A stretch of DNA of 64,000 bases, from assembly GCA_965228475.1 (NCBI GenBank), contig OZ245817.1, positions 3,360,001 through 3,424,000 on the forward strand, written 5' to 3'. Shown here piece after piece: positions 1 to 9,357 of the stretch (position 1 is the stretch's first letter; every line of letters starts with the position of its first letter). Source of the stretch: Myxococcota bacterium. GTDB lineage: Bacteria; Myxococcota_A; UBA9160; JAFDDA01. A program made the translations under genes and the position numbers. The notes beneath the pieces are model-generated. The model saw only the letters and a program-made list of their open reading frames with translations. It was not told the DNA's origin and did not search any database.

Positions 1-2
1 TC

Positions 3-1064
3 TTCCCGGTCGTCGCGGGCCTCGCTTCGGCGCTGTTCGCCGGCGCCCTCGTCCGGCGCCTCGCGCCCGGGGAACCGCTCCTCGCCGCTGCGAGCACCCT
101 TGTGGCAGGCCTCCTGCCCATCAACGTGCTGCTCGGCAGCCTGGTCTCGAACGAGGCCGTGAACGCGGGCCTCGTCGGCCTCGTCCTGCTCCTGGCCGCG
201 GACGCGATGGTCCGTGAGCGGGCGACGCCCCGGGCCCTCGCGGGCCTCGCCCTGGCCGGCTCGGCGGCCCTGCTCGCGAAGACGACGAGCCTGCCCGTCG
301 TCGCCGCGGCCTTCGCCGGGGTCGGCCTGAAGCTCTGGCTCGTCGAAGGCCGGTCCTTCGCCCGCAGCGCGGCGGCCGTGGCCGGCGTGCTGGCCGGCGT
401 CGGCGTCCTCGCCGGCTGGTTCTACGCGCGCAACGTGCTCCTCTTCGGGAACCCCTTCGTCACGAACTACGACCTGCCGGACGCCACCTACTGGCTCGCG
501 CCCGGCTTCCACACGCCCGCCTGGTACGCGAGCTTCGGCGCCGTCCTCGAGCACCCCTTCTTCGCGAGCTACGCCGGCTTCTGGGATGGGCTCTACTCGA
601 CCTTCTTCGGCGACGGCCAGGCCTCCGGCATGCTCGGCATCGCGCACCCGAGCCCGTTCTGGGACTACGAAGCCATGGCCGCCGGGTATTGGCTGGCCGC
701 GCCCGCCGTGGCCCTGCTGGGGCTCGGCTTCTTCGTGATGGGCGCGCGGGCGGTGCGCGCGGAGCCGGGGCCGCGCCTCGCCTGGAGCCTGCTCCTGGCC
801 ACGGGGTACGGCATGAGCTTCCTCGTTCTGCTCACGACGCTCCGCTACCCGCACTACGCGCTGCCGAAGGCGTTCTACGCGCTGCCGGCACTCGCCGCCT
901 TCGCCGCGGCGCTCGCCCTCGGCATCGTCGCCCTCGACGCCGCCCTGCGCGAACGCGCCGGCGGTGTGACGGGCCGGACGCTGCGGAGCCTCCTCCACGG
1001 CTGGCTCGGCGCCCTCGCGTGCGCGTGGCTGCTCGCCTATCTCGGACGCGGCCTCGCGGCGTGA
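3..1064 (+). CDS. Polytopic membrane protein, probable GT-C/PMT/ArnT-like glycosyltransferase (5'-partial)
   Basis: Frame is open back to the window start; many hydrophobic helices; SNEA and LLAKT segments and a WFYARN..FGNP segment typical of GT-C-like proteins. Confidence 0.55.
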   Translation, partial: FPVVAGLASALFAGALVRRLAPGEPLLAAASTLVAGLLPINVLLGSLVSNEAVNAGLVGLVLLLAADAMVRERATPRALAGLALAGSAALLAKTTSLPVVAAAFAGVGLKLWLVEGRSFARSAAAVAGVLAGVGVLAGWFYARNVLLFGNPFVTNYDLPDATYWLAPGFHTPAWYASFGAVLEHPFFASYAGFWDGLYSTFFGDGQASGMLGIAHPSPFWDYEAMAAGYWLAAPAVALLGLGFFVMGARAVRAEPGPRLAWSLLLATGYGMSFLVLLTTLRYPHYALPKAFYALPALAAFAAALALGIVALDAALRERAGGVTGRTLRSLLHGWLGALACAWLLAYLGRGLAA

Positions 1065-1094
1065 CCCGGAAGCTCGCGCGGAGGGTCCGGACAT

Positions 1095-1123
1095 TTGACC
1101 GTCGCTGGGGCCCCCGGTAGAGT
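1095..1123 (+). promoter_or_regulatory. Sigma70-type promoter for SRP RNA/dnaX
   Basis: TTGACC (1095-1100), 17-bp spacer, TAGAGT (1118-1123). Confidence 0.75.
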
Positions 1124-1147
1124 CGGCTCGGTCCCGCGGCGCAACGC

Positions 1148-1251
1148 GATCGCAGGGTCCCGCTCGGGCGCGAGCCTCGTGAACCCCGTCAGATCCGGAA
1201 GGAAGCAGCGGCAGCGGGTGTTCGGGTTGCGGGCGGGGGTGCCCTGCGATC
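1148..1251 (+). ncRNA. ffs: Signal recognition particle RNA (small bacterial 4.5S type); the helix may extend to about 1131-1268
   Basis: Domain IV motif GTCAGATCCGGAAGGAAGCAGC; terminal helix GATCGCAGGG (1148-1157) / CCCTGCGATC (1242-1251); common position upstream of dnaX. Confidence 0.93.
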
Positions 1252-1291
1252 CCGTGCGCGGCGGGGTCGCGAAGCCCGAGGTATCCCCCGC

Positions 1292-3127
1292 TTGAGCTAT
1301 CAGGTCCTCGCACGCAAGTGGCGGCCGCAGACGTTCGACGACGTCCGCGGGCAGGAGCACGTCACCACCGCCCTGCGCAACGCGATCCGGCTCGACCGCG
1401 TGCACCATGCGATCCTCCTGTGCGGCCCGCGCGGCGTCGGCAAGACGACGCTGGCGCGCATCCTGGCCCGCTGCTTGAACTGCGACAAGGGCCCGACGGA
1501 CGCCCCCTGCGGCGTCTGCCCGGCCTGTAGCGAGATCTCGGCCGGCACCTCGACGGACGTCCAGGAGATCGACGCCGCGAGCCGCACCAGCGTCGACGAC
1601 ATCCGGGACGTGATCGAGTCCATCCGCTACGCGCCCTCGCCGGGCAAGCACCGCATCTACATCGTGGACGAGGTCCACATGCTCTCGAAGCCGGCCTTCA
1701 ACGCGTTCCTGAAGACGCTCGAGGAGCCGCCGCCGCGGAGCCTGTTCATCTTCGCCACGACCGACCCGGAGAAGATCCCGTTCACCGTGGTCTCGCGCTG
1801 CCAGCGCCACGACCTGAAGCGCATCACCACGAGCGAGATCGTGGCGCGGCTCCAGGAGCTCGCCGGAAGCGAAGGGATCGAGATCTCCGAAGCGAGCCTG
1901 CTCGCCATCGCACGCGAGGGCGACGGCTCCCTGCGCGATTCGCTCACCCTCTTCGATCAGATCATCGCCTCGGGCGGAACCGAGATCGACGACGCGCGGG
2001 TCGCCGAGGTGCTCGACCTGATCGACCGGCGCCTCCTGCTCGCGATCCTCGAAGCCTGCGTCGACGGCGACGCCGCCGAGGCGCTCGCCGCCTGCGGGCG
2101 GGCCGAGGAAGCGGGCATCGACGCGCGGCGACTCTCGGCGGCGCTGCTCGCGAGCCTGCGCGACCTCGTCGTGCTGCGCATGGCACCGGACTCGCCGGAA
2201 CTCGTCGACGGCAGCGACTCCGAACTCGAAGAGCTCCGCACGATCGCCACCCGCAGCGACGGCCTCCGCCTGCGCCGGATGTTCCGCGCGCTCGTGAAGG
2301 AACAGGAAGATCTGGCTCACGCGCCCGAGCCCTTCCCCGTGGTCGAGATGGCCATCGTCCGCCTCGCGACGATGGCGCCCGGCGACGACGTGGCGAGGCT
2401 CCTGACCCGCCTCGACGCGCTCGAGAAGCGCCTCGCCGGCGGCGCTCCGCCCGCGCCGCGTGGCGGCGGAGGCGGTGGCGGCGCGCCCGCCGGGCGGCCC
2501 ACCGGCCCCGCCCGGGAACGGGGCGGACCGAGCGCTCCCGCCGCGCAGCGCGCGGCCGCGCCCGAGCCGGCGGCACCACGCGCCGAGGCCGGCCCGGCGC
2601 CGGAGCCGAGCCCGCCGGTCGATGCCGGCCCGCCCTTCGAGATGACCCCGCCGCCCTCCGAAACCCATGCGCCGCCGGAAACACCCGCACCGCAGGCATT
2701 GCCCCCGGCGACGGCCTCCGAAGAAGCCCCCCTGAACGTCGTCTTCGACCGGATCCGCGCCGCGGCCCAGGAGGAGAACCGCGGCCTGTTCTCCGTCCTC
2801 GATGAAGGGCGGCTCCTCTCGAAGAACGAGGGCAAGCTCGAGATCGCTCTCCCGGAGGGCTTCCCCGCGCGGCGGGTGGCGAACCGGATCACGGACCTCG
2901 AGGCCATCGCCGAGCGCATCTTCGGCCGGCCGACGCGCATCGAACTCGTGGCGGGAGGCGGCGGCGACGTCGCGAAGCCGGCACCGGCCGAGAAGCCCCA
3001 GCGCGCGCCCGAAGACAGCGACCTCGCCCGCGCCCGGCGCCAGGAGGCGCTCCGGCATCCCGGCATCAACGACGCCCTCGACGTCCTCGGCGGCGAAATT
3101 CTGGACATCCGCCCGATCTCCTCGTGA
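1292..3127 (+). CDS. dnaX: DNA polymerase III subunit gamma/tau
   Basis: MSYQVLARKWRPQTF, Walker A GPRGVGKT, Cys4 zinc module, DEVHML, SRC motif, Pro/Ala-rich linker; TTG start. Confidence 0.97.
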   Translation: MSYQVLARKWRPQTFDDVRGQEHVTTALRNAIRLDRVHHAILLCGPRGVGKTTLARILARCLNCDKGPTDAPCGVCPACSEISAGTSTDVQEIDAASRTSVDDIRDVIESIRYAPSPGKHRIYIVDEVHMLSKPAFNAFLKTLEEPPPRSLFIFATTDPEKIPFTVVSRCQRHDLKRITTSEIVARLQELAGSEGIEISEASLLAIAREGDGSLRDSLTLFDQIIASGGTEIDDARVAEVLDLIDRRLLLAILEACVDGDAAEALAACGRAEEAGIDARRLSAALLASLRDLVVLRMAPDSPELVDGSDSELEELRTIATRSDGLRLRRMFRALVKEQEDLAHAPEPFPVVEMAIVRLATMAPGDDVARLLTRLDALEKRLAGGAPPAPRGGGGGGGAPAGRPTGPARERGGPSAPAAQRAAAPEPAAPRAEAGPAPEPSPPVDAGPPFEMTPPPSETHAPPETPAPQALPPATASEEAPLNVVFDRIRAAAQEENRGLFSVLDEGRLLSKNEGKLEIALPEGFPARRVANRITDLEAIAERIFGRPTRIELVAGGGGDVAKPAPAEKPQRAPEDSDLARARRQEALRHPGINDALDVLGGEILDIRPISS

Positions 3128-3152
3128 GCTCGGGCCGGGAGGAGAAGCAGGC

Positions 3153-3500
3153 GTGAGCCAGGACTTCGCCGAGCTCATGAAGAAGGCCCAGGAGGTGCAG
3201 AACCGGATGCGCGAGGTCCAGCAGGACCTCGCGCGCCGCACCATCGAGGGCAGCGCCGGCGGCGGCATGGTCACCGCCGTCGCCACCGGGGAGCTGCGCA
3301 TCCGCGAGATCAAGATCGAGCCTTCGCTGCTCGAGCCCGGAAGCGACCACCAGATGATGCAGGACCTCGTCGCCGCCGCCGTGAACGCCGCCCTCGGCAA
3401 CGCCCAGCGCATGGTCCAGGAAGAGCTCCAGCGCGTGGCCGCCCAGAACCCGATCGCCTTCGGCCAGCCCGTCGGCCCCGGCCAGGGTCAGGGCCAGTAG
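3153..3500 (+). CDS. ybaB: YbaB/EbfC nucleoid-associated protein
   Basis: MKKAQEVQ...GSAGGGMV...DLVAAAVNAA; GTG start after GGAGGAG; dnaX-ybaB-recR synteny. Confidence 0.93.
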   Translation: MSQDFAELMKKAQEVQNRMREVQQDLARRTIEGSAGGGMVTAVATGELRIREIKIEPSLLEPGSDHQMMQDLVAAAVNAALGNAQRMVQEELQRVAAQNPIAFGQPVGPGQGQGQ

Positions 3501-3507
3501 GCCCGCC

Positions 3508-4107
3508 GTGCGCTCCTCCCCGCCCATCGACCGCGTGATCGGCGCCTTGAAGCGGCTGCCGGGCATCGGCGAGAAGTCCGCCACGCGGCTGGCCTTCCAC
3601 CTGCTCTCGGCCGCCGACGCCCAGGTTCAGGAGCTCGCGGAATCGATCGTGCGACTGAAGAAGGAGATCGTGCTCTGCGCCGAGTGCTTCGATCTCACCG
3701 ACGCCTCGCCCTGCGCGGTCTGCCGCAACCCCGAGCGCGATGCGGGCATCGTGTGCGTGGTCGAAGAGCCCGCGGACCTCGCCGCGATCGAGGAGACCCG
3801 GAGCTTCCGCGGCCGCTACCACGTGCTCGGCGGCGCCCTCGCGCCGATCGACGGCGTCGGCCCCGAGGAGCTCCGCATCGCGGACCTCGAGACCCGCGTG
3901 CGCGGCGGCGGCGTCCGCGAAGTCATCCTCGCCACCAACCCGAACGCCGAGGGCGAAGCCACCGCCCACTACATCGCCGACCGCCTGCGCGACGCCGAAG
4001 CCCGCGTCACCCGCATCGCCTACGGCATGCCCATGGGCGGCGACCTCGAATACGCCGACCGCGTCACCGTAGAACGCTCCCTACAAAACCGAAGCGACCT
4101 CTCCTAG
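3508..4107 (+). CDS. recR: Recombination mediator RecR
   Basis: LPGIGEKSATRLAFHLL HhH, C4 zinc finger, TOPRIM segment EVILATNPNAEGEATA. Confidence 0.97.
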   Translation: MRSSPPIDRVIGALKRLPGIGEKSATRLAFHLLSAADAQVQELAESIVRLKKEIVLCAECFDLTDASPCAVCRNPERDAGIVCVVEEPADLAAIEETRSFRGRYHVLGGALAPIDGVGPEELRIADLETRVRGGGVREVILATNPNAEGEATAHYIADRLRDAEARVTRIAYGMPMGGDLEYADRVTVERSLQNRSDLS

Positions 4108-4116
4108 CTCCGCCCG

Positions 4117-4139
4117 GGGTGTGCCGCAGGCACACCCCC
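4117..4139. repeat. Perfect 10-bp-stem hairpin just after the recR stop
   Basis: GGGGTGTGCC-GCA-GGCACACCCC; no U-tract follows. Confidence 0.7.
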
Positions 4140-4184
4140 GTACCCCCCAGTGCGAGCGGTGGGCCGCCCCGAGCCCACCGAGTA

Positions 4185-4291
4185 GCGCGGACAGGGAGGG
4201 AGGCCTGCCGGACCGTAAACCCATCCTGGATGCCCGTCCCCACCGAGCCTGACGTGACGTCGGTCCGGCAGGCCTCCCTCCCTGCCCGCGC
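4185..4291. repeat. 31-bp inverted repeat with 45-nt spacer (REP/MITE-like or structured RNA)
   Basis: GCGCGGACAGGGAGGGAGGCCTGCCGGACCG (4185-4215) vs CGGTCCGGCAGGCCTCCCTCCCTGCCCGCGC (4261-4291), one mismatch. Confidence 0.85.
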
Positions 4292-4514
4292 GCCCCCGCC
4301 CAACTCGGCAAAAACCCCGACACCCAGAATCAGCCACCCGCCGATCCCCGAAGAATGATCTCCCTCACAAGACCTAAAGCCCCCCGCCCAGCGCGCCGAT
4401 TGCACCCCAAGAACCGTTTCGCTTGATCGAAGCTGCTGCGGAAGGTTAGATTGCAAGCGAATTCCCGTTTGGTTCGGGGCGGTTACAGGGACGGCTGCGG
4501 ATGATGGACCGGTC

Positions 4515-5000
4515 ATGAACAGCACGCTCGTCATGTACGACGAGGACCACCGGAAGCTCCTGGCGATCATCCAGCGCTTGTCGCAGGACGCCACGGCGAA
4601 GGGCGTGTTCCTCGTCGACACGAACGGCCAGATGGTCGCCGAGGCGGGTCAGATGCAGGGCATCGACACCACGAGCCTCGCGTCGCTCACCGCCGGCAAC
4701 ATCGCCGCCTCGACCGGCCTCGCAAAGATCATCGGGGAAGAAGAGTTCCCGACGCACTTCCACCAGGGCCAGCGCGACAACCTCTTCATCACGTTGTGCG
4801 CGAGCCGCATCATTCTCGTCGTCGTGTTCGACGAGCACAGTTCTCTCGGCCTGGTTCGCCTGCGGGTGAAGAAGGCCAGTGCGCAGATCGCGCAGGTGTT
4901 CGAGGAGATCCGCAAGAAGGCCGAACAGGAGCAGAGCTCCGGCGGCAGCCCGTTCTCCGAGATCACCGACGACGACATCGACAACCTGTTCTCCGAGTAG
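4515..5000 (+). CDS. mglB: MglB, roadblock/LC7 GTPase-activating protein
   Basis: LVMYDED N-terminus, [28 protein letters not shown] and [15 protein letters not shown] tail, as in Myxococcus MglB. Confidence 0.95.
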   Translation: MNSTLVMYDEDHRKLLAIIQRLSQDATAKGVFLVDTNGQMVAEAGQMQGIDTTSLASLTAGNIAASTGLAKIIGEEEFPTHFHQGQRDNLFITLCASRIILVVVFDEHSSLGLVRLRVKKASAQIAQVFEEIRKKAEQEQSSGGSPFSEITDDDIDNLFSE

Positions 5001-5007
5001 CCACCCC

Positions 5008-5601
5008 ATGTCTTTCATCAACTACAGCGCTCGCGAGATCAACTGCAAGATCGTCTACTACGGCCCGGGCCTCTGCGGGAAGACGACGAACCTCCAGTTC
5101 ATCTACAACCGCACCAACCCCGAGGTGAAGGGGAAGATGATCTCCCTCGCCACGGAGACCGAGCGGACGCTCTTCTTCGACTTCCTGCCGCTGGCGCTCG
5201 GCGAGATCCGCGGCTTCAAGACGCGCTTCCACCTGTATACGGTGCCCGGCCAGGTCTTCTACGACGCCAGCCGCAAGCTCATCCTGAAGGGCGTGGACGG
5301 CGTGGTGTTCGTGGCCGACAGCCAGGTCGAGCGCATGGAGGCGAACCTCGAGAGCCTCGACAACCTGCGGGTGAACCTCGCCGAGCAGGGCTACGACCTC
5401 GACAAGATTCCCTTCGTCATGCAGTACAACAAGCGCGACGTCCCGAACGCCGCGCCCCTCGAGGACCTGCGCAAGCAGCTGAATCCCGACGGGAAGATCC
5501 TCGACTTCGAGGCCTGCGCGACGACCGGCCAGGGCGTCTTCGAAACGCTCAAGGCCTCCGCCAAGATGATCCTGAAGGATCTGCGGAGCATGAGCCGCTA
5601 G
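5008..5601 (+). CDS. mglA: MglA small GTPase (motility/polarity)
   Basis: [49 protein letters not shown]. Confidence 0.98.
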   Translation: MSFINYSAREINCKIVYYGPGLCGKTTNLQFIYNRTNPEVKGKMISLATETERTLFFDFLPLALGEIRGFKTRFHLYTVPGQVFYDASRKLILKGVDGVVFVADSQVERMEANLESLDNLRVNLAEQGYDLDKIPFVMQYNKRDVPNAAPLEDLRKQLNPDGKILDFEACATTGQGVFETLKASAKMILKDLRSMSR

Positions 5602-5634
5602 CGCTTCCTCGCCGAAGCGTCCGACCGGAACGCC

Positions 5635-6333
5635 TCAGAACCCGTTGATGCGAAGCCGAGGCAGGGTCTCGGCCAGCAGCGGCTCCGCGCGCACGGCCGC
5701 CCGCAGCGCCCGCGCCGCGAGCGCCGACGGCCCTGCCACGAGCACCTGGTTGTCGTAGCCCTCGATGCGGATCCGCACGCGTGCGGGGGCGATCGTGCGC
5801 AGCTCGCGGGCCAGCGCCGGGGCCTCGTCGAGGCTGTTCGTGACGAGCAGGCCTCCTCGGGCGACGCGCGCCCAGGCGTTGTGCAACCCCGGCTCGGGGT
5901 ACCACTCCGGCTTTCGCACGCCGTCGCCCTCGCCGACGAAGACGTCGTCGATCACCAGGTCGAAGCGGCGGCGCGTGGTGCGGACGTACTCGCGGGCGTC
6001 GTCGCAGACGGTGTCGATGCCGAGCTTCGCGAGACCCAGGTGCTTGCGCGCGGCGGCCAGCACCTCGCGGTCGAGCTCCACGCCGACGATCTGCGCCGCG
6101 GGAGCCAGCGCCCGCACGAGCCGCGCGGCGCTCCCACCCCCGAGGCCGAGAATGAGCACGCGGCGTCGGCGCGCCGGCGGCAGGGCGAGGATCGGGAGCG
6201 CGAGCGCGTCCCACACCGAGCCCGTCGTCACCCGGCCCGGCCGGAGGAGCGAGGCGTAGGTGTCGTCGACGCGGAGTTCGAGCCCGCCCGCCCGTTCGAC
6301 GACGCGCACCCGCGCGCTTCGAGACCGCTTCAC
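5635..6333 (-). CDS. Spermidine-synthase-like SAM-dependent methyltransferase
   Basis: VLILGLGGGS SAM motif, VGVELD, DDARE, FDLVIDD; GTG start inferred. Confidence 0.8.
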   Translation of the reverse strand: MKRSRSARVRVVERAGGLELRVDDTYASLLRPGRVTTGSVWDALALPILALPPARRRRVLILGLGGGSAARLVRALAPAAQIVGVELDREVLAAARKHLGLAKLGIDTVCDDAREYVRTTRRRFDLVIDDVFVGEGDGVRKPEWYPEPGLHNAWARVARGGLLVTNSLDEAPALARELRTIAPARVRIRIEGYDNQVLVAGPSALAARALRAAVRAEPLLAETLPRLRINGF

Positions 6334-6351
6334 CTCGTCTACACTCCCGCC

Positions 6352-8817
6352 ATGGATCTCTTCGACCAGGCGCGCCCCGCGCGCGCCGGCGTCGTTCGTG
6401 TCGCCCTGCCCGTCCCGGAAGATCGCCTCTTCGACTACGCGGTGCCGCCCGCGCTGGCCGAGGACGCCGAGCCCGGGCGGCGCGCCCTCGTCCCCTTCGG
6501 CCGCCGCCGCCTGACGGGCGTGATCGTCGAGACCGCCGAGGCGCCGAGCCCGGAAGCCCGCGGGAAGTTGCGCTCCCTCGAGCAGATCGTCGACCCCGAA
6601 CCCGCCCTGCCGGCCGAACTGCTCGAGATCCTGCGCGCCGAGGCGGAGTCCGTCCTCTGCCCGCTCGGCATCGCCCTGGCGGCGGCCCTGCCCGCGGGCT
6701 CGGTGCCGAAGACCGTCGAGCAGCTCGAAATCACCGAGCGCGGACGGCGCGCCCTCGCGGCGCGCGCCGCGAGCGGAGAACTCGGTGCGTTCCTCGAAGC
6801 CCTCCGCGAGCGGCCGATGGCCCGCCGGGAAGCCACACGCCGCTTCCCGGCCTCCGCCGATCGACTCGCGGGCTGGGAGCAGGAAGGGCTCGTCCGCCGG
6901 AGCCACGGACTCCGGCGCGCCACCGCGCGCGAGGCGACCCGGCGCACCGTGGCCGTGGCGCCGGGCGTCGACGTCGCGGCCGCCTGTGAGGGTCCGCTCG
7001 CGCGCGCGCATCGACGCGCGGACCTCCTGCGCCACCTGGCCGACGTCGGGCCGAGCGACGTCCTCGGCCTGCGCGACGTCTTCCCGACCGCCCCGACGCT
7101 CGTCCGCGAACTCGCCCGGGGCGGCTTCGTCGAGCTCGGCACCCGGCGTGCCCCGCGCTCGGTCCTCGAAGGCACGCCCGAAGCGGACCAACGCGTCACC
7201 CTGACCCCGGAGCAGGAGGACGCCCTCGGCCACATCAACGGCGCGGTCCGCGCGAACCGCTTCGAACGCTTCCTCCTGCACGGCGTCACCGGGAGCGGCA
7301 AGACCGAGGTCTACCTCCGGGCCGTCGCCGCCACGCTCGCGGCGAAGCGGCAGGCGCTCATTCTCGTCCCCGAGATCACCCTCACGCACCAGATCGTCGC
7401 GCGCCTGCGCGGCCGCTTCGGCGACCGCATGGCGGTGCTGCACAGCGGCCTGTCCCCGAGTGAACGGCTCGAACAGTGGCAGCGGCTGCGGCGCGGCGAG
7501 GTCCCGATCGCCGTCGGCGCGCGCTCCGCGATCTTCGCGCCCCTCGAACGGCTCGGCCTCATCGTGATCGACGAGGAGCACGACGGCGCCTACAAGAACG
7601 ACGAAGGCTTCCGCTACCACGCGCGAAGCATCGCGGCCCGGCGCGGAGAACGCGCCGGCTGCCCGGTCGTGCTCGGCAGCGCCACGCCCGCCCTCGAGAC
7701 GCGCCACGCCGCCGACACCGGCGAGTGGCGACGCCTCGCCCTCCCCCGCCGCATCGGCGGGCGGCCCCTGCCGGCCGTCGAGATCGTGGACCTCGCCGCC
7801 GAGCGCGCCGCGGCGCCGCGCGGCCGCAAGCTCATCCTCTCGGCCCCGCTCCGCCGCGCCCTGCGCAGCACGCTGGACGAAGGCGGCCAGACGATCCTCT
7901 TCCTGAACCGCCGCGGCTTCTCGACCAAGGTCCTGTGCTTCGATTGCGGCCATGCCGAGCACTGCAAGCACTGCGACATCTCGCTCGTCTTCCACGCCGC
8001 GGCGGACACCCTGCGCTGCCACTACTGCGGCTACGAGATGGCGCCGCCGCGCGCCTGCACCGGATGCGGCGCCCCGGAGACGGCGCTCCTCGGGCTCGGC
8101 ACCGAGCGCCTCGAGGAAGAGGTCCGCGCGGAGTTCCCGGACGCCCGGGTCGCGCGCCTCGACCGCGACGTGGCCCGCCGCAAGGGCGCCATCCAGGAGA
8201 GGCTCCGCTCCCTGCGCGAGAACGAGCTCGACGTGCTGATCGGGACGCAGATGGTCGCCAAGGGGCACGACTACCCGGGCGTGCGGCTCGTCGGGGTCGT
8301 CGCCGCCGACCTCGCGCTCCACCTTCCGGACTTCCGTGCGGCCGAGCGGACCTTCCAGCTGCTGACCCAGGTGGCCGGCCGCGCCGGGCGCGGCAGCTCC
8401 CCCGGGCGCGTCGTGCTCCAGACCTTCGTCCCGGACCACTTCGCCATCGAGCCCGTGCGCACCCACGACTACGAGCGCTTCTACGCCACCGAGCTCGAGA
8501 CCCGCCGCAGCCTCGGCTACCCGCCCTTCGGCCACCTCGCACACACCGTCGTGTCGGGCCCGGCCGACGAGGAAACCCGGCAGTGCGCCGAGAAGCTCGC
8601 GGAGCTCGCGCGGGCGGCGGCACCTGCGGCGGAGGTACTCGGCCCGGCGCCGGCCCCCCTGGCCCGCCTGCGGGACCGCTATCGCCACCAGATCCTGGTG
8701 AAGAGTGGCGATGCGGAGGCCGTGCGCCTCGCGGCGCAAGCGCTGCTCGAAGGCGCCCGCCGGCTGCGATCTCCGCTCGCCGCGCACGTCGACCTCCATC
8801 CGATCAACATGCTATAG
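6352..8817 (+). CDS. priA: Primosomal protein N' (replication restart helicase)
   Basis: LFDYAVP N-terminus, GVTGSGKTEVY, DEEHD, GSATP, 8-Cys zinc region, QVAGRAGR. Confidence 0.97.
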   Translation: MDLFDQARPARAGVVRVALPVPEDRLFDYAVPPALAEDAEPGRRALVPFGRRRLTGVIVETAEAPSPEARGKLRSLEQIVDPEPALPAELLEILRAEAESVLCPLGIALAAALPAGSVPKTVEQLEITERGRRALAARAASGELGAFLEALRERPMARREATRRFPASADRLAGWEQEGLVRRSHGLRRATAREATRRTVAVAPGVDVAAACEGPLARAHRRADLLRHLADVGPSDVLGLRDVFPTAPTLVRELARGGFVELGTRRAPRSVLEGTPEADQRVTLTPEQEDALGHINGAVRANRFERFLLHGVTGSGKTEVYLRAVAATLAAKRQALILVPEITLTHQIVARLRGRFGDRMAVLHSGLSPSERLEQWQRLRRGEVPIAVGARSAIFAPLERLGLIVIDEEHDGAYKNDEGFRYHARSIAARRGERAGCPVVLGSATPALETRHAADTGEWRRLALPRRIGGRPLPAVEIVDLAAERAAAPRGRKLILSAPLRRALRSTLDEGGQTILFLNRRGFSTKVLCFDCGHAEHCKHCDISLVFHAAADTLRCHYCGYEMAPPRACTGCGAPETALLGLGTERLEEEVRAEFPDARVARLDRDVARRKGAIQERLRSLRENELDVLIGTQMVAKGHDYPGVRLVGVVAADLALHLPDFRAAERTFQLLTQVAGRAGRGSSPGRVVLQTFVPDHFAIEPVRTHDYERFYATELETRRSLGYPPFGHLAHTVVSGPADEETRQCAEKLAELARAAAPAAEVLGPAPAPLARLRDRYRHQILVKSGDAEAVRLAAQALLEGARRLRSPLAAHVDLHPINML

Positions 8818-8826
8818 ACCTCGGCG

Positions 8827-9357
8827 ATGGCCCTTCGCGAAGTCCTGCAGTTCCCCGACCCGCGCTTGAAGCGCATCTCGGAGCCCGTCGGCGAGATCAC
8901 CGACGAGATCCGCGAGCTCGCCGCCGACATGTGCGAGGTGATGTACGACGAGCCGGGCATCGGACTCGCCGCACCCCAGGTCGGCGAAGCGATCCGGCTC
9001 GTGGTCGTCGATACCGAGTGGACCGAGGACGGCGCGGACCGCAACCCGCTCGTGCTGGTGAACCCGGAGATCGTCGAGAAGGAAGGGCGCATCACCTGGA
9101 CGGAAGGCTGCCTCTCCGTCCCGGACTACACGGCGGACGTCGAACGCGCCTCGCGCGTGAAGCTCAAGGCAACGGACCTCGAAGGCAACCCGGTCGAGAT
9201 CGACGCCGAGGAGCTCCAGGCCGTCTGCTTCCAGCACGAACTCGACCATCTCGACGGCGTCCTGTTCATCGACCGCATCAGCCGCCTCAAGCGGAGCCTC
9301 TACGTGCAGAAGCGCAAGAAGGCCCTGCGCGAGGAGGCCGAGGCGAACGCGCTCTGA
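8827..9357 (+). CDS. def: Peptide deformylase
   Basis: GIGLAAPQ, EGCLS and QHELDHLDG motifs. Confidence 0.98.
   Translation: MALREVLQFPDPRLKRISEPVGEITDEIRELAADMCEVMYDEPGIGLAAPQVGEAIRLVVVDTEWTEDGADRNPLVLVNPEIVEKEGRITWTEGCLSVPDYTADVERASRVKLKATDLEGNPVEIDAEELQAVCFQHELDHLDGVLFIDRISRLKRSLYVQKRKKALREEAEANAL

Noticed and set aside
1188..1210. SRP domain IV variant CAGAUCC instead of CAGGUCC
   Set aside because: A single change at a non-canonical pair with the rest of the motif intact; probably ordinary variation.
2440..2730. Programmed frameshift in dnaX producing gamma
   Set aside because: No A AAA AAG or poly-A slippery site; only a Pro/Ala/Gly linker.
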